From assembly GCF_018398935.1 (NCBI RefSeq), contig NZ_CP074694.1, positions 3,600,001 through 3,632,000 on the forward strand: 32,000 bases of DNA, written 5' to 3'. The stretch is from Telmatocola sphagniphila. GTDB taxonomy: Bacteria > Planctomycetota > Planctomycetia > Gemmatales > Gemmataceae. Both the position numbers and the translations under genes were made by a program. Positions 26,575 through 32,000 of the stretch are shown piece by piece (positions within the stretch are counted from its first letter, which is position 1; every line of letters starts with the position of its first letter). Under the pieces are notes generated by a model, which saw only the letters and a list, made by a program, of their open reading frames with translations, was not told the DNA's origin and did no database searches.

Positions 26575-27588
26575 TTACGGTTTGATTGGCGCGTCATCGA
26601 GCCCTGGCAACTGCTTCACGTCCGCGTGGGGAAGTATGTCAATCAGGTCCCGGCTCAGGAGCCAACTCCAGAATACATCGACCAGGAAGAAGAACAAAGT
26701 AAAAATTGCCAGAGTGACGAGCACTACTATTGTATCCCGAATCAATTGCTTTCGGGTAGGCCACGACACCTTATTCATTTCCGCTTCGGTCGCGATAAGG
26801 AAGTCTGCAAACATCGGCATGTTGATCGCACGCCAGGCGAGCCAGAGCCCCAATCCCAGAAGCAGCAACGGGACGGTGAAACGGATGTCGGGCAAGAGAA
26901 TGAAATCGGCCAGGAATGGTGTGTGAATAATCCAGTTATTCGTGTTCGTACCAGGATTATTAACCTCCAGCCAGCCATTTTCCATGAGGGTGTAAACACC
27001 CGAACCGAAGATCAGCAGAATGCCCAAAATGGTCAGCCTACGCACTCGCAGTCCCAGATTCTTCTTGTAGAGGGAGGAAGAAAACAAACCGGCGTCTTCC
27101 ACGCCCTTGGCCCAGCTATCGAATCGGCCGGAACCGAATAACTTGTAAGTCAGGATAGCAAAGCCCGCAATCGCCCCTAAAAAGACGCCTAAGGCCACGG
27201 GATCGGCAAAAGTGAACACTCGCTGGGCAATCATTGCGACGGCCCTGGCAAGAAAGAAGACGGTAAAAAGCAGGGATATCGCCACGAAAATCCCGCCCCG
27301 AATTCCGGGCCGGCCTTCGCCTCCCCCCAACTTGGTACCCAAGATACCGAGCACGATCACCGCGACTACCTGGAAGAGCACTTCGATCGCGGCCCGAACG
27401 AACGGGGTGAGAGCCCCGGTTTTTCCTCTGCCAGCGACCGCGTCCAGGAGCATGGGAATCCCGTAGACGACGGAAACCAAGCCGGCAAGTACCAATACCC
27501 CGGCAATCAGGCTGGCAAGCCAGAGTGGGGAAGCATTACCGCGGGAAGCTCGTTTGAGTTCCGGTGTGGCTGGTTCGGCAACGGCCAT
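26575..27588 (-). CDS. secE: preprotein translocase subunit SecE with a long N-terminal multi-TM extension
   Basis: The C-terminal 81 aa carry the SecE signature (EAEMNKVSWPTRKQLIRDTIVVLVTLAIFTLFFFLVD). The position tRNA-Trp - secE - nusG is the conserved one. The N-terminal 256 aa hold about 6 further hydrophobic helices in the same frame with no stop. Confidence 0.8.
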   Translation of the reverse strand: MAVAEPATPELKRASRGNASPLWLASLIAGVLVLAGLVSVVYGIPMLLDAVAGRGKTGALTPFVRAAIEVLFQVVAVIVLGILGTKLGGGEGRPGIRGGIFVAISLLFTVFFLARAVAMIAQRVFTFADPVALGVFLGAIAGFAILTYKLFGSGRFDSWAKGVEDAGLFSSSLYKKNLGLRVRRLTILGILLIFGSGVYTLMENGWLEVNNPGTNTNNWIIHTPFLADFILLPDIRFTVPLLLLGLGLWLAWRAINMPMFADFLIATEAEMNKVSWPTRKQLIRDTIVVLVTLAIFTLFFFLVDVFWSWLLSRDLIDILPHADVKQLPGLDDAPIKP

Positions 27589-27690
27589 TATCTTTTCCTG
27601 AGTATCGATCGGGAGCGGAACGCCCGGACCTCTCTATAAGGACAACAACCCGTTGCATCCTCGCAACGGGCTTCGCAGTGATAATCTATA

Positions 27691-27763
27691 CACGAGCGGA
27701 GGGAATCGAACCCCCAACCGCCGGTTTTGGAAACCGGTGCTCTGCCAGTTGAGCTACGCTCGT
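27691..27763 (-). tRNA. tRNA-Trp (anticodon CCA)
   Basis: Manual cloverleaf: ACGAGCG/CGCTCGT acceptor, GCTC/GAGC D-stem, CCGGT-TTCCAAA-ACCGG anticodon arm and a GGGGG-TTCGATT-CCCTC T-arm. The 3' CCA is not encoded. Confidence 0.93.
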
Positions 27764-27786
27764 AGAGAGATCAACCATAATGACGG

Positions 27787-27813
27787 AAGAGGAGAGATTT
27801 TATCTCTCCTCTT
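27787..27813 (-). terminator. strong stem-loop between tuf and tRNA-Trp (AAGAGGAGAGA-N5-TCTCTCCTCTT)
   Basis: Perfect 11-bp inverted repeat 22 nt downstream of the tuf stop on the minus strand. No clear U-tract follows, so it may be a terminator, attenuator or processing signal. Confidence 0.5.
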
Positions 27814-27835
27814 GGAATTGGCTGATAACCCTGAA

Positions 27836-29047
<1,212 letters not shown>

Positions 29048-29175
29048 CGCTTCTCCAAAAGGTTAACGCTTGTGATACAACAGGTGCGGTACAGGTGGAG
29101 CGCCTTGGTTGCGTCAACCTACTTTTCCGCTTTCCCTCTACCCTTGTTACAGTAAGTGGGTTTTCAAACCCCCAG

Positions 29176-29248
<73 letters not shown>

Positions 29249-29341
29249 ACGCAACCAACTTTCAACATCCCGCAGATCCATCTTACCGGATCGACCAAGG
29301 CGGACGGCTGGAACCTCCCGGGAAAATACCGGAAAGACCAA

Positions 29342-29414
29342 AGCGGGTGATGGGATTCGAACCCACGACATCCTGCTTGGAAGGCAGGAACTCTAGCCGC
29401 TGAGTTACACCCGC
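29342..29414 (-). tRNA. tRNA-Gly (anticodon UCC)
   Basis: Manual cloverleaf: GCGGGTG/CACCCGC acceptor, CCTGC-CTTCCAA-GCAGG anticodon arm and a GTGGG-TTCGAAT-CCCAT T-arm. Confidence 0.95.
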
Positions 29415-29476
29415 ACAATTCTAACTCCCAGCCTGCCCCTCTGAAGCGGGCTACGAACTGAGTCTTCCGAAAACTA

Positions 29477-29559
29477 TGGGCAGAGAGGGATTCGAACCCC
29501 CGAAACCGTTAGGTGCCAGATTTACAGTCTGGTGCAATTGACCACTCTGCCATCTGCCC
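29477..29559 (-). tRNA. tRNA-Tyr (anticodon GUA), long variable arm
   Basis: Manual cloverleaf: GGGCAGA/TCTGCCC acceptor, CCAGA-CTGTAAA-TCTGG anticodon arm, a long variable arm and a TTCGAAT T-loop. Confidence 0.93.
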
Positions 29560-29576
29560 GTTATCGTACTAACCAA

Positions 29577-29649
29577 AGCTACCGGCGAGAATCGAACTCG
29601 CAACCTGCGGTTTACAAAACCGCTGCTCTGCCAGTTGAGCTACGGTAGC
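29577..29649 (-). tRNA. tRNA-Thr (anticodon UGU)
   Basis: Manual cloverleaf: GCTACCG/CGGTAGC acceptor, GCGGT-TTTGTAA-ACCGC anticodon arm and a GCGAG-TTCGATT-CTCGC T-arm. Confidence 0.95.
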
Positions 29650-29817
29650 AGGGTGCATCCCACCGAACTAATATCCTTAGAGTTTCACCTGCGGGCTGAC
29701 AAGGTGAAATTCATTTCAGATATTCGAGAATGGCATTTTATGGACGTTACGACTTAGTTCTAGGTTCTGTGTCGAACTGGAAAAAAATGTTTCGTGAAAT
29801 TTAACACCCGAGCCGGA

Positions 29818-31308
29818 TCAGGCGGAAACAACCTTTTCTTCCAGCGCAGGCAGGACATCTTGCCGGGCTTCCTTGGAACTGTACTCGTCGGGGACCCGCG
29901 GCAGCAGAATTTCGAATTTGGTGGTCTTATTCAATATCGATTCCACTCGGACTTCGGCCTGGAAAGCCTCGGCAATCCTCCGTACGACGGCCAGCCCCAG
30001 ACCCACCCCCGGTATGCTCGATCGACGCGAATCCTCCGATCGGAAAAAGGGATCGAACACATAGCCGATCTCTTCCGCGGGAATCCCTTTTGCGTGGTTT
30101 TCCACGGATATGGATACCTGCTTGCTCAAGCGGATGACCTGCAGGAGGATGGGCGTGCGTTCCGGACTATATTTTGAGGCATTATCCACAAGATTATCGA
30201 TCATCTGGGCCAGTAAAGCGGGCTGAGCCCGCACCCAACAGGGCAGATCGGGTCTGATGATTTTCAAATCGTGAATTCTCGGCAAATAGTCCCTTTGCTG
30301 CCTCCAGGTTTCAATCCAGACACTCACGTCAAGGGGCTCGAATCCGGCTGCCAGCCCTTCCCGGTCCGCTCGCGTCAAAAAGAGCAGCGATTCGATAATC
30401 TGACGCAACTGCAAGCCGCCGTTTTTCACTTTGACCAGTGTATCGCGATATTCCTCGGCCGAGCGCGGGTGACGCAGGGAAACTTCCACCTGTCCCATTA
30501 TCGCCGCCAGCGGCGTCCGAAGCTGATGCGAAGCATTCCCCGCAAACTGCCGATTCCGCTCAAAAGCTTCCTGAAGTCTTGTTAGAAGGCCATTAAAGGA
30601 CACCCCCAGAGACCGGAGTTCATCATCCGCCTCGGGAACGACCAGTCTCTCGTTCATCCTCTGCTCGTTCATCCGGCCGGCCTGCTCGGACATACGCGTA
30701 ACTGGTCGCAGAGCCCGCTGGCAGATTCGTCGGCCTATCACCAGGAACGCCAACCAAACGATCGTGGAAACCACGAAAAGCATCACGGCTAGCCGAGAAA
30801 GCGTGTTGTTGATCGGCTCGAGCGATACCGCTACGGCCACAATCAGACCGTCCATTTTCTGCAGAGATGTTTCGCGGGCCGTGTTGGGCTTGGGGGCAAT
30901 CTGATGCTTCATGAACATCCAGGATCGACCGCCCGAATCTTCGAAATAGGTGAGCTGGTTTTCCTGGGAGTCCACCACGCGGGGAAAATCGTCGGCCCCT
31001 TCCAGATCCTGAAAATGGGCGGTTGAGACGATTCGCTTGCCGTGAGGAGAATAAACCCCCCACTCGACTTGATTGTGCTTGAGATCGCGCACACCGACAC
31101 TGACGAACAGAAAAGGCGGTTCCCAACCGACACCCATCGGCCGGATCTGCGCTGCGGATTCCAGTGTTTTGAGAACGAAATTGATTTGTTCCGCCGCGTC
31201 GAAATAGAGATCGCGACGGGAAAATGTGTAAGTGGTTGTGCCAAAACCAATCAGAACCACGGCCAGGACGGCGAGAAAAAAAGCCGTCAGCCGGGTTGTC
31301 AGACTCAT
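29818..31308 (-). CDS. sensor histidine kinase (two TM segments, periplasmic sensor domain, HAMP, HisKA, HATPase_c)
   Basis: 496 aa with TM1 (LTAFFLAVLAVVLIGF), a periplasmic region of about 140 aa and TM2 (LAVMLFVVSTIVWLAFLVIG). H-box ASHQLRTPLAAI, N-box DNLVDNASKYSP and G-box GVGLGLAVVRRI are present. The start overlaps the RR stop (ATGA). Confidence 0.9.
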   Translation of the reverse strand: MSLTTRLTAFFLAVLAVVLIGFGTTTYTFSRRDLYFDAAEQINFVLKTLESAAQIRPMGVGWEPPFLFVSVGVRDLKHNQVEWGVYSPHGKRIVSTAHFQDLEGADDFPRVVDSQENQLTYFEDSGGRSWMFMKHQIAPKPNTARETSLQKMDGLIVAVAVSLEPINNTLSRLAVMLFVVSTIVWLAFLVIGRRICQRALRPVTRMSEQAGRMNEQRMNERLVVPEADDELRSLGVSFNGLLTRLQEAFERNRQFAGNASHQLRTPLAAIMGQVEVSLRHPRSAEEYRDTLVKVKNGGLQLRQIIESLLFLTRADREGLAAGFEPLDVSVWIETWRQQRDYLPRIHDLKIIRPDLPCWVRAQPALLAQMIDNLVDNASKYSPERTPILLQVIRLSKQVSISVENHAKGIPAEEIGYVFDPFFRSEDSRRSSIPGVGLGLAVVRRIAEAFQAEVRVESILNKTTKFEILLPRVPDEYSSKEARQDVLPALEEKVVSA

Positions 31309-31997
31309 TCTTCTTCCTTACCGGTGGGTTCGGTAAGTTGATAACCTCGACCACGGAGAGTTCGAATCAATCTCGGGCCGAACATTTCCAACTTTCGCCG
31401 AAGTTCCATGACGTGGACTTCCAGTGTGTTGGAAACCCCGTCGAATTTCTCTTCCCAAACATGTTCGTAAATCGTCGAACGAGAAAGTATCTCGTTGGGA
31501 TGCCGCATGAAGAACAGCAGTAATGCTTCTTCCTTGGTGGTAAAATCGAGCTTCTGCCCACCCCGCTTGACGACCCGATTCACTAGATCAAAAGTGATAT
31601 CCGCAAAGCGCAATGTCGTTTCGACGCTTGCCTGCGGCCGTCGAATCAAAGCTCGAATTCGAGCCAGAAGTTCTTCGAACGAGAACGGCTTACAGAGGTA
31701 GTCATTCGCTCCCCCGTCCAGGCCCTGCACGCGATCCGAGATTGCATCTCGGGCCGTCAGGAAGAGTACCGGGGTCGACTCCCCGCTGGCGCGGAATTTC
31801 TTAAGCAGACTCAGTCCGTCCTGACCCGGCAGCCACCAGTCCAGGATGACTACATCCCAGTTGCCTTTGGCCAGGAGTTTAGAACCGGTCTCTCCATCGG
31901 CGGCGTGCTCGACGGTGAAACCTTCTTCTTTCAGGCCACGGGTGAGATAATCCGCATTGGCCAAATCGTCTTCAACTACTAGGATGCGATGTGCCAT
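31305..31997 (-). CDS. OmpR/PhoB-family response regulator
   Basis: 230 aa with a receiver domain (ILVVEDD, VVILDWWLPGQDG, LFLTARD, KPF) and a winged-helix output domain (LEVHVMELRRKL, IRTLRGRGYQL). Confidence 0.93.
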   Translation of the reverse strand: MAHRILVVEDDLANADYLTRGLKEEGFTVEHAADGETGSKLLAKGNWDVVILDWWLPGQDGLSLLKKFRASGESTPVLFLTARDAISDRVQGLDGGANDYLCKPFSFEELLARIRALIRRPQASVETTLRFADITFDLVNRVVKRGGQKLDFTTKEEALLLFFMRHPNEILSRSTIYEHVWEEKFDGVSNTLEVHVMELRRKLEMFGPRLIRTLRGRGYQLTEPTGKEEE

Positions 31998-32000
31998 GTG

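Noticed and set aside
25816-27141. 441-aa plus-strand ORF spanning the nusG and secE region
   Set aside because: It is entirely antisense to two well-supported conserved genes. Its translation is low-complexity (His/Arg/Gly/Phe-rich) with no recognisable motifs. This is a typical shadow ORF opposite GC3-biased genes.

Overview
Densely coding, moderately GC-rich bacterial chromosomal window. I found no rRNA, CRISPR array, transposase, integrase or recognisable defence gene. The gene content points, by inference only, to a Planctomycetota (Gemmataceae-like) genome: Fae plus an MtdA/MtdC-type H4MPT dehydrogenase, PQQ-like propellers, several secreted peptidases, a CXXCH membrane protein, and extended SecE and NusG. 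Plus-strand genes run sdhC (5' partial)-sdhA-sdhB, an S10 carboxypeptidase, then DHH/DHHA1 phosphoesterase, CXXCH membrane protein, VOC protein, fae and mtdC. Next come proB with a downstream hypothetical gene (minus), an S41 peptidase (plus), an M61 peptidase (minus) and a PQQ-like propeller (plus). A long minus-strand run follows: OmpR-type response regulator and histidine kinase; tRNA-Thr, Tyr, Gly, Thr, tuf, tRNA-Trp, secE, nusG; then adaptor, RND, RND and DUF2891. The tRNA-tuf-secE-nusG block is the classic conserved arrangement, but it stops at nusG and is followed by the efflux operon instead of rplK/rplA. Nothing here is clearly a new system. The best candidates for undescribed biology are: (1) the efflux operon of an adaptor, two tandem paralogous RND pumps with reciprocal insertions, and a 4-nt-coupled secreted DUF2891 protein where an outer-membrane factor would normally sit; (2) a 337-aa, about 7-TM SecE; (3) a single-CXXCH polytopic membrane protein tightly coupled to a VOC protein just upstream of fae-mtdC. 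All functional links are inference from sequence and need homology searches and neighbourhood statistics that I could not run.
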